Positions 10,501 to 21,000 of a DNA stretch of 64,000 nt are shown in pieces. The notes under the pieces were generated by a model. That model saw nothing but the letters and a program-made list of their open reading frames with translations, searched no databases and was not told the origin of the DNA. Positions within the stretch are counted from its first letter, which is position 1, and every line of letters begins with the position of its first letter. The DNA comes from an uncultured bacterium (GTDB taxonomy: Bacteria > Patescibacteriota > Gracilibacteria > BD1-5 > UBA2023), in contig CAIVSN010000144.1 of the NCBI GenBank assembly GCA_903908595.1, positions 1,167 to 65,166 on the forward strand, read 5' to 3'. A program made the translations under genes and the position numbers.

Positions 10501-11990
10501 TTTAGGGTGTAATCCGTCTTGTCGGCCGAAAGGGTTTCCGTACCGTCGGCAACGCCTATATATATGACGCTGTCATTTGCGACGTCTATGGCGTTCCCCG
10601 TACTTGGGGTAAGCGACGAGAAAGATTCGATAAGATTTACTCCGGTAGTATCCGCGATACCCACGGCATAATCCGTAGCGACGACCGTCGAATCCTCCAT
10701 CGCTTCGGAGTAGGTTATCTTTACGTAATCCACGACCCCGTCGTTATTGTTGTCGAGGGTCACGGAAGAGAGATACTGGGGAGCGGCTCCGTCGTTGTTT
10801 CCTGACCCAGCGTTATAAGCGATGGTTTGTGAAGCGGTAGTTGCCATTCCGTTCATGTCGGTAACGGATCCGGAGAGCTGGACCCCCTCCTTATCGGTAC
10901 CGACTAACTGGCCCGGTCCCATGAGCGTAACGTATTCGTCGTCTGCGGCATCGGTATAACCGTGCAATGGCGCCGCTTTCTTCATAAGGGAAACCGGGTA
11001 GGTTCCTCCTGCGTCATCATCAGCGGAGAAATCGTCGTATCCGGTTATGCTGGCGTCGCTGATCGGCTCAGAGAACATAACGTAAATTTCATCGTTGCGA
11101 CCGTCTTGTCCAGCCGTAGGGCCATTATCGGTAGTCGCGTCGTAGTTCGTTACGGAAACCATAACGGGCACGGCAGCGTCTATGGAAGCGTTGGTAGCAT
11201 CCGAAATGACGGCATTTCCCTGAGAATAATTATCCGTCAGGCTTCCGGCAGCATAGGCTACGTTTGGCGTAGCGTTCGTATCCGGTCCGATCTCGTCGAA
11301 ACCGATCACGATGATGTTGTCGTTCTCGTGATCGCCCGAAACGGTTTCCGCGGGAACGAACGTTGGATTCACGTATCCCGTCACGGTAAAATCGCTCGCC
11401 GTAACGCTGGTATCCTTGATATTGGCGCTGAACGCGTCGGCAAATGTGATCTTTACGGCATCGAGCTGGCCGTTGAGGTCCCGGTCGAGGGTATGGACGG
11501 CGGATATGGTCGGCGCGGTGTTGTCAATCCCAAAAGTAATGGCCGGTGTCAATGATCCGGCTCCGCCACCGGTAATTATTACCCGGCTCTTATAGCGGTT
11601 GGTAGCAGATTCGATCCTTGCAGTGGTATCCCAAGTAAGGGTATAGGAATTCGAATTTACACCAGGACTGACTTGGGCAAATTGCTGATACGCGCCATCA
11701 TCGGTGAAATCCGCGTTATTGTTCGCATCGTATAAGTAATACCCGGTAATAACTGCTCAAATATCGCTACACGTATCTCCGGGAGTGACGCTTACGTTGT
11801 AGCTATAGGCATTTCATCTTATCGAAGCGCCCGATGCCGGACCGACGTCAGTAAGGGTACATCCTCCGATAGCATTCGCCACCGGCACCAAATTCACAAT
11901 TCCAAAAAGCGATTGGGTCATAATCATCGTGACCAGCGATATGCCCGCAACGATTCTTTTTGAAGTTGTCTTTATTTTTAATAGAGCCAT
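4593..11990 (-). CDS. Giant (2,465-aa) secreted repeat-rich surface protein with Ig/FN3-like modules and Dx[DN]xDGxxD Ca-binding-like motifs
   Basis: ORFs 8757-11552, 6705-8501, 6501-6698 and 4593-6188 share one frame. They join through 10 TGAs (11814, 11757, 8757, 8541, 6705, 6501, 6318, 6300, 6258, 6204). N-terminal signal MALLKIKTTSKRIVAGISLVTMIMTQSLFGIVNLVPVANA from ATG 11988-11990. Stop TAG. Confidence 0.8.
5598..6152 (-). repeat. Tandem pair of ~273-bp (91-aa) near-identical coding repeats inside the giant gene
   Basis: VTPTVTLSGASIVSAYTATEAASRFS.GLQV...GHTASLTVAYQVNAD occurs twice. The DNA is nearly identical to the pair at ~6768-7325. Boundaries approximate. Confidence 0.8.
6768..7325 (-). 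repeat. Second tandem pair of the same ~273-bp coding repeat
   Basis: Same 91-aa unit twice. Long identical runs, e.g. GGTGACGGTTGAGCC.GTGGCGACGGAAGACCCGTTGACGGTCGCGGTAGCCGCGCCGG, are shared with 5598-6152. Boundaries approximate. Confidence 0.8.
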
Positions 11991-12305
11991 AAAACAATGA
12001 AGTGAAAAAAATAATACGGAAATAGGGAAAGTCGCGCTACTCCGAAATTCGGTGAAAGGATAGACTTCTTCTTTCCAAATGCAATTTATTTGTAAAAATA
12101 CAATTGGTATTTTTAGTTTTAAATATAGTTTTTAAAACCGGTTTGCGCATTCTGCAAGAAACCGGTAATTCCCACGTGATAAAGAATCCTCTCAATACCA
12201 CGATTTCCAATGCGGTCGCCGAAATCAACAAAATCGGAATTGCCGGTTTTGAAAAAGCGAACCTCGTGGGGAAAAAATCTATTGACAATAAAATAATTTA
12301 TTTTT

Positions 12306-12992
12306 TTAAAAAAACCGCCTGACGATGAAAAAAACCGAAACGAGCCCGAAGAGCAACAAGACGCCCATGAAAGCCATCCCCGGAAGCGATTCCCAGAAAT
12401 CCAATTGTTGCCTCGAGGCTCATTTGAGCGAATCCGAAGCGGCGGAGCCGTTCGAAACGTCCATTCTGCCGCCGATGGAACCGAACGTGGAACCCATATT
12501 CCTTTGCGGAATACTTGCCGAATCAGAGATGCTCTTGGACGATTCGGATTTTTCCATTGTCTGGTCGAATGCGGGCGCACCGGGGGACATTCCGGGGCTT
12601 GGGTTTGGGATTGACCGGGTTTCTTCCGACAAGATGGCCGGAGCGTACGTCGCCTGATGGGTCTCCGAGTTTTTCACGGGACTCCCAAGCCATCCGTACA
12701 TGCCGAATCCTACCGTCAGGAGCAGACAGAAGGAAAGGGCGAGACGGAAGTACGGCAGGGAATATTTCGAGAAAAACGGACGGCGGACGGGATAGGTTTC
12801 GTCATACGTTTCCAGCAATTCGCTTTTTAGGCCGCTACGGAAATCCGCGTCGATTTTTACGGGCGATTCGGACTTGGATTTCAGGGCGTGGAAGATCTCC
12901 CCGTACTCCCGGACTTCGGAAGACAGGGGCTCTCCCCGTTCGCATTTTTCCAAAATGCGCTGGAGCCGGTCGAAATCGATAGGGGGGTTCAT
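12306..12992 (-). CDS. Putative anti-sigma factor (single-pass membrane protein with a second C-terminal hydrophobic segment)
   Basis: ORF 12420-12992 extended through TGA 12420-12422 to TAA 12306-12308. Start lies 1 nt after the ECF sigma stop. TM segment LPYFRLALSFCLLLTVGFGMYGW. Function inferred from position only. Confidence 0.6.
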
Positions 12993-12993
12993 G

Positions 12994-13524
12994 CTATTTC
13001 AATAAGAGTACTGCGAACGCCGCGAAAAGCGGGAGGGAATTCTTGAGGGCTTCGATGCCGCGGGCGAACCCCATCTTGGCGGCGGATTCGCCGATGCCGA
13101 CGATCTTCGCGATTTCGGCGAACGGGAGTTCCTCGAAGATTCGGAGCGCGATGATTTCCTGGTTCTTGAGGGGGAGTTTGCGGAGCGAATCCATGACCTG
13201 GTCCAAGCGGATACCCGCATCGATGGTTTCCCCGTGACGCGTTTGGTACGAGAGGGCCTCTTCGAAGTCCTCGATGGAAGCGTGGGCCTCGTCCTTCCGG
13301 TAATGGTCGACAATCGCATTGGAAGCGATCGAATAGAGCCAGGTCGAGACGTTTCCCTTGTCGGCATCGAATTTTCCGAGGTTTTTGAGAGCCTTGAAGA
13401 ATACCTGGGAGACGAGGTCTTCGGAAGTGGCGTGATCTTCCACCCGATGGAACACGTACCGGTAGAGTTTTGGGAAAAACTCCTCGTAGACGTTGGCGAA
13501 TTCTTCCTTGGTGATCAATGGCAT
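12994..13524 (-). CDS. ECF-type RNA polymerase sigma-70 family factor
   Basis: Region 2 (DLVSQVFFKALKNL..STWLYSIASNAIVDHYRK) and region 4 HTH (LPLKNQEIIALRIFEELPFAEIAKIVGIGESAAKMGFARG). Confidence 0.85.
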   Translation of the reverse strand: MPLITKEEFANVYEEFFPKLYRYVFHRVEDHATSEDLVSQVFFKALKNLGKFDADKGNVSTWLYSIASNAIVDHYRKDEAHASIEDFEEALSYQTRHGETIDAGIRLDQVMDSLRKLPLKNQEIIALRIFEELPFAEIAKIVGIGESAAKMGFARGIEALKNSLPLFAAFAVLLLK

Positions 13525-13576
13525 TGATTATTTTCGGAGAGGATACGGCATCTGCGAGGAGTTTCAATACAAAATG

Positions 13577-15910
13577 CTATTTCTTTTCCTTCTTGGCCCG
13601 TTTGAAGAAGCGGATGGCGAGGTAAGCGAGACCGGCTATCAGGCTCGCGATGCCGAGCAGGATTACGATATTTTGAACGTTCGGCGATTCGGATACCCCT
13701 TCCTTCCGGGTCGACTGGATTTTGTCGGAATTTGAGGATTCGGCGCTATCGGTGAAAGTAGCTGCCATTTTCGGACTCGCGCTCATCGATTCGCTCTTCG
13801 CACCACCGAACATGTTGCCCAGCGTTTCCATTACTCCTGCTGGCGCGGGTGCCCCCTTGAGGGAATCGTTCACGGAGCCCATATTCGAGGAAGATCCTTG
13901 GAAGCCGATTCCCGGCGCGTACAGTTTTCGGCTGGCCGATGCACTTTCGGCGGCCCCATAGACTCCGGCATAATCCTTCCCTTCCACCTCGTATACCGGC
14001 ACTTCGACGGTTTCGGTTTTTCCGCTCGTATTGCGGATCGCGTCGTCGATCGCTACGAAGGAAGTATATTCCGACATGATGGAATACCTGAGCCCGAGCG
14101 CCGTGACTTCCTCTTCGAGTTTTCCGTTCGGGACGAACCGGTTGGACTTGTAGATTTCGGCGATTTTCTGCCGGGCCCAGTAGGCGGCGATGCTGGAATT
14201 GGCGGTTTCCTCATTTTTGAAGGTCATTTTTATGGTCTGGGAATAGTCCTCGTTCCCCCGTTTCGCGGTGATTTTGATATTCCGTTCCTTGTCGAGCGAA
14301 CCGGGCAATCCTCCGGCGGAGTATTTGCCGTAGACATAGAGCGGCTGTCAGGCGTACAAATCGGCGAATTTTTCGGGAAGCACGCCCGTAACGTCGAGCC
14401 CGTCCCAGTCGATCTTGATGTCCGTGAGCACGGGAGCGGCAAAATTGCCATAGAATTCGTCCACTTTTTTACCGACGTCGTCTTCCCCGAGCACGTAGGT
14501 CGCCTTGCCGTTGCCGCTTTCCGCTAGCTTGTCGATGAGGTAACGGTTGGCCGAAGCGTCAACCCCGAACATGAAGAGCCGGTTGGATCCGAGATCGTTC
14601 CTGACGGCGCTCAGGATTTCGGATTCGTTCCCCACGTCGCCGTCGGTCATCCCGAGGATGATCCGCATACGGTCACCGTGATCGCCATGGTCCTTGAGCG
14701 CCTCTTTGAACGGTTGGAGCATCATGGTTCCCCCGCCGGCCACGAGGTTTTCCACGTACTTCAATCCTTCTTTTTTCGTATTTTCGTCGGCATTTCTCGC
14801 GGCAGGAAACAAGGTGAACACCTGGGTGTTAAAATTGTACACGTTGAAGCTGTCGTTCGGTCCGAGGTCCGCTATGGCCTTTTTCATCGCCTTCTTGACG
14901 GTTTCGATCGGGCGGCCCATCATGGATCCTGAAGTGTCGAGCACGAAAACGATTTCCCGGTTCCGGATTTCGGATTTCTTCGGGGATTTCTGGGGTTCCG
15001 CGACGAGGGCGAAGTACCCGTCCTTTTCTCCGGCAACCTTATGCGTGAGGAATCCTATCTGAGGCACGTCGGAAGCCACGTCGTAGGTAAAGGAAAAATC
15101 CTTGTTCGGTATCTTGTCGGTATCCTTGAGCGTGATTTCCGCTTCGGAGTCGCTGATTTTCTTGACGTTCACGTCGTGGGAATTGCTCTTGAGGCCCCTG
15201 ATATTCACGCCCGCCACGATATGGAGCTTCACGTCGATCGAGTGCCCTTCTCGGTATCCCTCGGGAATAGACGGACTCGTAATATTGTTGGCATCGACGA
15301 CGCTCGCGGGATTGTACCGCGGTCCGACGACCATGGGAAACACGAAGTTGTAGACCCCTTTGTCATATTTCACGACTTCGAAATAGGAAATCCTGATCTT
15401 GATGGAATCCCCGGGCAGGATGTTCGCCACCTTCTGGGTAAAAATGTTCGGGCGTTCCTGATTGAGGAGCGCGGCAGTCTGGCCATTGCGCTTCGCTTCC
15501 TGGTATTTTTGCTCGGCAGCCTTCCGCGTGTCGATTTTCCCGACGATCTTGCGGTCGCCGATCTGCATTTCCATGCTGTCGACGCTGGCCTCGTGCGGAA
15601 GCGGGAAATTATAGGTCGCCTCTATCGGGCTCTTGTAGGGATTCTGGAATTCCTGGGTAACGTAGGTCCGGGCCACGAACCCGGAAATCTCGGATTCCAC
15701 GCTCGTGTGTTTGAGCGGAAGCGCGGCGACCTGCCCGGCTTCCTCGTGGGAAAAGGCGTTCGGATCCTCAGCGCCGCCGATAACGGTAATCATTTCCCCT
15801 TGGGTAATCTTGTCGAAGGGGATTTCTTTGGTCGTCGCATCGTCTCCGGCGAATATACCGTTCGGGACTCCCAGGAGCATGAGGAGAACGAAGGAAAGCA
15901 ATTTCTTCAT
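13577..15910 (-). CDS. VIT domain + von Willebrand factor type A domain surface protein with a C-terminal membrane anchor
   Basis: ORFs 14348-15910 and 13577-14308 joined through TGA 14348-14350. Signal peptide MKKLLSFVLLMLLG, VIT-like N-terminus, vWA MIDAS motif VFVLDTSGSM. C-terminal TM IVILLGIASLIAGLAYLAI + RFFKRAKKEKK. Confidence 0.85.
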
Positions 15911-16056
15911 AGGAAGGAAATTAGGGAAATAGGGGGGAAACCATGGGTATTTGTTTGGCTTCTAAAGGGTAATACGGAATTCCGGGAAAAAAGTCACAAA
16001 AAAGTTTCTCGGATTTCTCAAGCACGGATACCCAGATTTCGAATTGGGAAAAAAAT

Positions 16057-16085
16057 TTGCATACGGCTCCCTAGTAGCATATACT
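16057..16085 (+). promoter_or_regulatory. Putative sigma-70-type promoter of the pilin-SPRY gene
   Basis: TTGCAT (16057-16062) - 17 nt - TATACT (16080-16085), 38 nt before the ATG. The same TTGNAT-17-TATACT architecture recurs before other pilin genes. Confidence 0.45.
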
Positions 16086-16122
16086 TTGAACGATTCTCGA
16101 ATCGCATTAATCATTTCGTATC

Positions 16123-17571
16123 ATGGTAAATAAACAAGGTTTCACATTAGTGGAACTCATAGTGGTCATAACTATACTTTCAATCCTTTGAACCATGGGT
16201 TTCATCTCGCTTAAAGGATATTCCAGTTCGGCTCGCGACAGCAGTCGGCTTACGGCGATATCCGATATCAGAAAGGGATTGGAGCTGAGCAACGTGAGGA
16301 CTGGAACCTACCCCGACCCAACCGGCGGAATCGGAGTGACATTTTCCGGCGGTATCGTTTGGACTCAGGGTTCCGTGGGGGATTCCGTCATGCAGATGGT
16401 GAATTCAGACGCATACAAAGCCGGGAAAAAACCGATCGATCCCCTCCATGCCGGAGTGGAGTTCACGTATTCGGTTTTGAATACGAAAAAGGAGTACCAG
16501 CTGGCGACCGTACTCGAAAACGAAGGCACGGCAGGTATCTCGAAAGCATACGTCGGAGGAAATTTCAACGGACTGATAGCGAAAGCGGTAACGGGAACCA
16601 CTACCTACTACCTGACGCTTCCGAGCATTGTCCTGTCGAACCTTGCCAATTCCGAACTTTCCGTACCTTCTACCCAATCCGGAAATCTCGTGTTGCACGA
16701 TAAGACCAACATTCCCAGTACGTACGTCGGCAGGGTACCAACGGGAAACATCGCAGTCACCTTCGATGCGCTGAGGAATTCCAACCTCGTTACGAGCGGA
16801 ACGGGAATCGTCGCCTATTCGAACTCCGGGCCTTTGGATTCCGCCGGAGCCACGGCGCTAATGACCAATCTCTATGCCATATACAATGCGAGCAACCTGA
16901 AGACAGATAGCACGGGCGCGCCACAAATAACCTGATTCCTCAGCGGGGGGAACGGTACGGCCACCTTGACGAACCTCTATAATACGGCAATCCGGGGAAA
17001 CCTGGGGAACACGAACGTCATAGTGGCGACGTCGAACGGGTGAAACAATATGCCGACGGGAACTACCCTCGATCTGGCGCTATCGCACGGAGTAACATGA
17101 AACCTGACGAATGCGCCACCGAGCATCAATTCGAACTACTGAAACGGCTGATTCGCCAATGTCCCCATGAGCTCAGGGAAGTGGTATTGGGAACTGACCT
17201 GCGGAGCGATAAGCCAGAGCGCGTTCTGAATCGGTATCCAGAATTCCAACAATACGACGATTGATCATTTCAACACGACCGGGAAAGGGTGAGTTTTTTA
17301 CTACTGATACAATGGGAACAAGAGTATCGACGGCGTATGGAGCACCTACGGTTGAGGATATTCGACGTCCAGCATCATCGGAGTCCTATTCGACGCCGAT
17401 GCCAGGACGATTGAGTTTTTCAAAAACGGGGTGAGCCAGTGAGTGCTGCCTATCGGGATTTCATGAACCACGTTTTATCCGATCAACCTGAACGGAAGTT
17501 CCGCGCCAGGAAACAACGTCACGTATAATTTTTGAGCGACGGCTTTCGCGTATCCGGGATCGTTCCATTAG
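16123..17571 (+). CDS. Type IV pilin-like protein (prepilin N-terminal methylation domain) fused to a C-terminal SPRY/B30.2-like domain
   Basis: MVNKQGFTLVELIVVITILSIL[TGA]TMGF. ORF 16195-16935 continues in frame through 12 more TGAs to TAG 17569-17571. The tail reads GKWYWELTCG..FGIGI..YYGYNGNK..IIGVLFDADARTIEFFKNGVSQG..YPINL..NFGATAFAYP. Confidence 0.8.
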
Positions 17572-17623
17572 GGAAACGTGGGTAACGCGAGTCGGACGTA
17601 TCGTGGTTGGATAAGGATATGGA

Positions 17624-18274
17624 TTACAACGTATTCGTGATTTCGTTCAATTGTTCGATTTGGGCGTGGATTCTCATCCGTTGCATATCAATGGCTCCTT
17701 TTCATGAGGGATTTTCTACCGTTCCGGCTTTCTCTTGCAGATCGCGTTCGAGCCCGACGAGCTCATTCTGGTGGAGGACAGTCCATTCTTGGATGGAATT
17801 GGTAAAATCTTTCATAAGGGTAACGAATTGGCTTCTCTCGTAGGCTACCATGTCGTCGATTCCCGATTCGAAATCTTTCGGCAACTTGAAAATGAAAGAA
17901 AAACGCCTCCACTTTAAAAGCTTGGAAAAACTTGATTTGGAATTTATCAAATTCTCGCTAACTTTCCGGATTGCCAACTTAATGGATGCAAGGGTCTCGG
18001 GGTCGATTCAGGGTGTCAAAGCATCCTCGGCAATGAATCCGAGGAGTTCGGCATAACTGGCCTTAATGCGCTTTTTATTTTCGACGACAACATTCAATTC
18101 CTCGGCAATTCAAACACGTTCAGTCGCTACGTCGTAAAGTAAGAAAGAAACAATTGAAAAAATGCCGAACGCGAGAGACCAGAAAAAGATTTCATCCTGT
18201 CCATTTAACCAAGGATTTTTAATAAGCACCATGAAAAGCAAAGCGAACAAACCGAAAATAACGTATTGATTCAT
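17624..18274 (-). CDS. Hypothetical membrane-anchored coiled-coil protein
   Basis: ORFs 18110-18358 and 17702-17977 joined in frame through TGAs 18110, 18008 and 17702 to TAA 17624-17626. Start at ATG 18272-18274 (MNQYVIFGLFALLFMVLI, two TM segments). Low-GC segment. Confidence 0.55.
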
Positions 18275-18358
18275 TATGAATTTCACTTCCAATTTTTTAA
18301 TTCGAATGAAATGCGGATGTGATTCGGATTCATATATATACCTTTCCATACACGCCAA

Positions 18359-18964
18359 TTACGAAATAATCTCCCCCTCCAATTCCGCAAACTCCGCAAT
18401 CCGAAAATGCCCGCCCGTCTCAAACAAATGATACTCCGCCCCGGGCAACTTCCCCCGGATATGTTCCGACAATGCCACAGGAACGATCATATCGTCCTTC
18501 GCCTGCCAGATATGCACGGCATCGGCGCACCGAGAAAGCCGCTCCCAACCCTCGTCTGCGGGCTCGGAAAAAGACCCGTCGCCATAGCATGCCGCGACGA
18601 GATGGACGGCGGAAACCTTCCGGTCGGAAACATCCGTCTCCGCCAGGTACTTGATAATGAAATTCCCCCCGAGCGAATGCCCGACGAACGTGATTTCCGA
18701 ATCTACGGGAACCGTCGCCAGAACCCGGTCGAGAATAATTTTCCATTCTGCATATTTCGCGTTCTGCTTGCAGGGAAAAGCCGGGAAAAACACCGACCAA
18801 CCCCGCGCGTATGCTTTATCGCAAAGGGCGTTCTTCCAGCCTCACGCCAAAATGGGATCCGCCGGCTCGTACGCCTCGATCCGATATCCGGTCCTCAAAA
18901 AATCAACATAGGCCTCTTGGGTATTCCAAGAATCGCCGCCGTGAAGAATAATAAGCGTTTTCAT
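18359..18964 (-). CDS. Alpha/beta serine hydrolase (YdeN/RBBP9-like)
   Basis: MKTLIILHGGDSW...; nucleophile elbow GHSLGG; ...GGHF. N-terminus recovered through TGA 18842-18844. Stop TAA. Confidence 0.75.
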
Positions 18965-18977
18965 AGTTCGGATGGAA

Positions 18978-20225
18978 TTACCCCTCGATAACCACGTCCT
19001 TTTTGGAATTTTTCTGCTTTTTCGAAGAACCCGCCGGAACGATGATTTCTCCTTTTTCCTTCTCGGAATCGAGCATATGGTTGACTATGGCCTGCTGCAC
19101 GAGCATGAAGAGGGTTCCGATGAACCAATAGATTCCCACCCCGATAGGGAAATACAAAACGGAAACGGCGATCACCACCGGAAGCACGTAGAGCATGAAC
19201 TTGTTCATCATCTGCGGATCGGGCATGATCGAGTTGGGATCCCGATCTTCCGGCTTCACTTCCGGAAGCGGTACCGCCCGCCTTTGGGAAAGCCAAATTT
19301 GGAGGAACTGCGTGACCCCCACGACGACCCCGAGAATCGCGGCCGTAACTCCGCCGATAGCCAGCAAATCCATTCCGAGGAAAATATGATCGAGTTTGGA
19401 AACGTCGAAAGATTGGAAAATCGGATACAGGTAGAAATAGTTGCTATGATCCTGGATAGAAGAAAGCACCCAGTACAAAACCAAGAGTATCGGGGTCTGG
19501 ATGAGCAGCGGGAGACAGGAACCGAGCGGGTTCACCTTTTCCTGCTTGTAGAGTTCCATGAGTTCCATGCCCATTTTCGCCTGGTCGGATTTGTGCTTGT
19601 TCTGGAGCTCCTTGACTTTGGGTTGGATTTCTTGCATCCGCTTGGTACTTATCATCATCTGGTGTTGGGGTACCAGGAGGATCAATCGGACGACGATCGT
19701 GATGATGACAATAGCGATTCCGAGGCTATGGCCCGGCAAATATTGGATGATTCCGACGAAAAAGTTGAGGATCGGCGCGTAAAAAACCGTGGCCATGAGG
19801 GTCCGGATCCAGCTTCGTTCTTCCACCGTGACGTTCGCCGTGATTTCCTTGCCTCCGGAAACGAGCTTGAAACCGACGCTTCCCGGCTGGTTGAACAGGG
19901 CGGTAAGCTCGGAAATATCCAAGGCCTGTTCGGACTTCGGCGCCACTTTCACGTCCTTGCAGAACGCTTGAGCGGCAGCGTCGATACTGACGGTTTTCAG
20001 GTCCTTGAGAATCGCGAGATCGCTGCAGGTATTGAAAGCGATGGCAGAATCGGTAGGATTCTTGAACGTGACGACCGGATAGTTCGGCACCACGACCGCG
20101 GCTTTGGAGAGCACGAATGCCGGGTCGTTCGATTCGACCACTTTTTTCGGTGACGGCAAAAAGAGATTCATCGCGAGCAGGAGGACGAACGTAATGAGGA
20201 GAAAATTGAGCAATCGGTCTTTCAT
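18978..20225 (-). CDS. yidC: Membrane protein insertase YidC
   Basis: YidC/Oxa1 core (RLILLVPQHQMMISTKRMQEIQPKVKELQNKHKSD..MELYKQEKVNPLGSCLPLLIQTPIL). Start at ATG 20223-20225 (MKDRLLNFLL). Synteny rpmH-rnpA-yidC. Confidence 0.9.
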   Translation of the reverse strand: MKDRLLNFLLITFVLLLAMNLFLPSPKKVVESNDPAFVLSKAAVVVPNYPVVTFKNPTDSAIAFNTCSDLAILKDLKTVSIDAAAQAFCKDVKVAPKSEQALDISELTALFNQPGSVGFKLVSGGKEITANVTVEERSWIRTLMATVFYAPILNFFVGIIQYLPGHSLGIAIVIITIVVRLILLVPQHQMMISTKRMQEIQPKVKELQNKHKSDQAKMGMELMELYKQEKVNPLGSCLPLLIQTPILLVLYWVLSSIQDHSNYFYLYPIFQSFDVSKLDHIFLGMDLLAIGGVTAAILGVVVGVTQFLQIWLSQRRAVPLPEVKPEDRDPNSIMPDPQMMNKFMLYVLPVVIAVSVLYFPIGVGIYWFIGTLFMLVQQAIVNHMLDSEKEKGEIIVPAGSSKKQKNSKKDVVIEG

Positions 20226-20233
20226 GGGGAAAA

Positions 20234-20572
20234 TTATTGGATTTTGTGGATGAGGGCACGGAGTTCTTGGGCGAACCGGCTCGCGCATTCCGCGTCCTTT
20301 CTTTGGAGTACGGTTCACTTCTTGGCGACGAAGACGATATCCCCGGAGACGTTTCCGAGATATTCCCCGCAGATATCGTACAGCATCCTCCGGAAAAAAT
20401 TCCGGTCGACGCTGGTTTTTGCCACCTTCCCGGACAGGATAAGGGCAAATCGCGGATATTCAAGCCGGTTTTGCGCGACGTTCGCCACCAGGATACTCGA
20501 AAAGAAAGGTTTTTTACGACGTAAAACCTTTCCTATTTGAGCTTCTTTGAGTCGATATCGTTTTGCGATCAT
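20234..20572 (-). CDS. rnpA: Ribonuclease P protein component
   Basis: MIAKRYRLKEAQIGKVLRRKKPFFS..; ORF 20315-20572 extended through TGA 20315-20317 to TAA 20234-20236, giving 112 aa (canonical size). Sits between rpmH and yidC. Confidence 0.85.
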
Positions 20573-20582
20573 GCATTCTAAC

Positions 20583-20604
20583 GTCCAGAATATGCATTCT
20601 GGAC
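20583..20604 (-). promoter_or_regulatory. Perfect 9-bp hairpin between rpmH and rnpA
   Basis: GTCCAGAAT-ATGC-ATTCTGGAC. Its arm sequence AGAATGCAT is repeated over the rnpA start codon, so alternative pairing is possible. Confidence 0.4.
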
Positions 20605-20614
20605 AAAGTAAGAA

Positions 20615-20890
20615 TTACTCGGCGTTCGCGACGGAACCCTCCCGGTTGGTATCCGGTCGGAATTTTTCGTTGGAACCCGGGTATCGTACCACTCGGGCAG
20701 AACCTCCGGCAACGATGTGCATTTTGGACTTCCCGTTGGTCATCTTGAACCGGTTCGGGTAGCTTACCGCCAAAACGTGTCGACCCTTCCGTCGGCGCGC
20801 GGCAATAACCTTGGCTCCGCCCTTGGTAGACATTCTCTGAAGGAATCCGTGAATCCGAAGACGCTTTCGCTTTTTGAATTTTCCAATCAT
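20615..20890 (-). CDS. rpmH: 50S ribosomal protein L34 with a ~45-aa C-terminal extension
   Basis: [38 protein letters not shown] is canonical L34. The frame then stays open for ~45 more codons to TAA 20615-20617. Confidence 0.8.
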   Translation of the reverse strand: MIGKFKKRKRLRIHGFLQRMSTKGGAKVIAARRRKGRHVLAVSYPNRFKMTNGKSKMHIVAGGSARVVRYPGSNEKFRPDTNREGSVANAE

Positions 20891-21000
20891 ATACTAAAAA
20901 AAGAATGCCAGAATGATAGGGATAAGTCCGATTAAGTCAAAGTGAAATTGGAGAAACCTCTGAAAATTTACAAATACCGCCTCTTGCATATAGTGCGGCC

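Noticed and set aside
4593-11990. Reading the many short same-frame ORFs as pseudogenes or frameshifted relics.
   Set aside because: The breaks are exclusively TGA, never TAA or TAG. They preserve the frame, fall on conserved Gly positions and also occur in essential genes (tilS, pyrG, rnpA, sufS). Codon reassignment explains this better than decay.
12037-12322. Short ORFs in the AT-rich spacer (12037-12288 minus, 12104-12322 plus).
   Set aside because: The composition is unlike all confident genes here. They overlap each other and the code-25 tail of the anti-sigma gene. This is more likely a promoter/intergenic region for the giant gene.
20573-21000. A replication origin next to the rpmH-rnpA-yidC cluster.
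   Set aside because: No dnaA gene is in the window, and I see no cluster of TTATCCACA-like boxes in the rpmH-upstream intergenic region. The synteny alone is insufficient.
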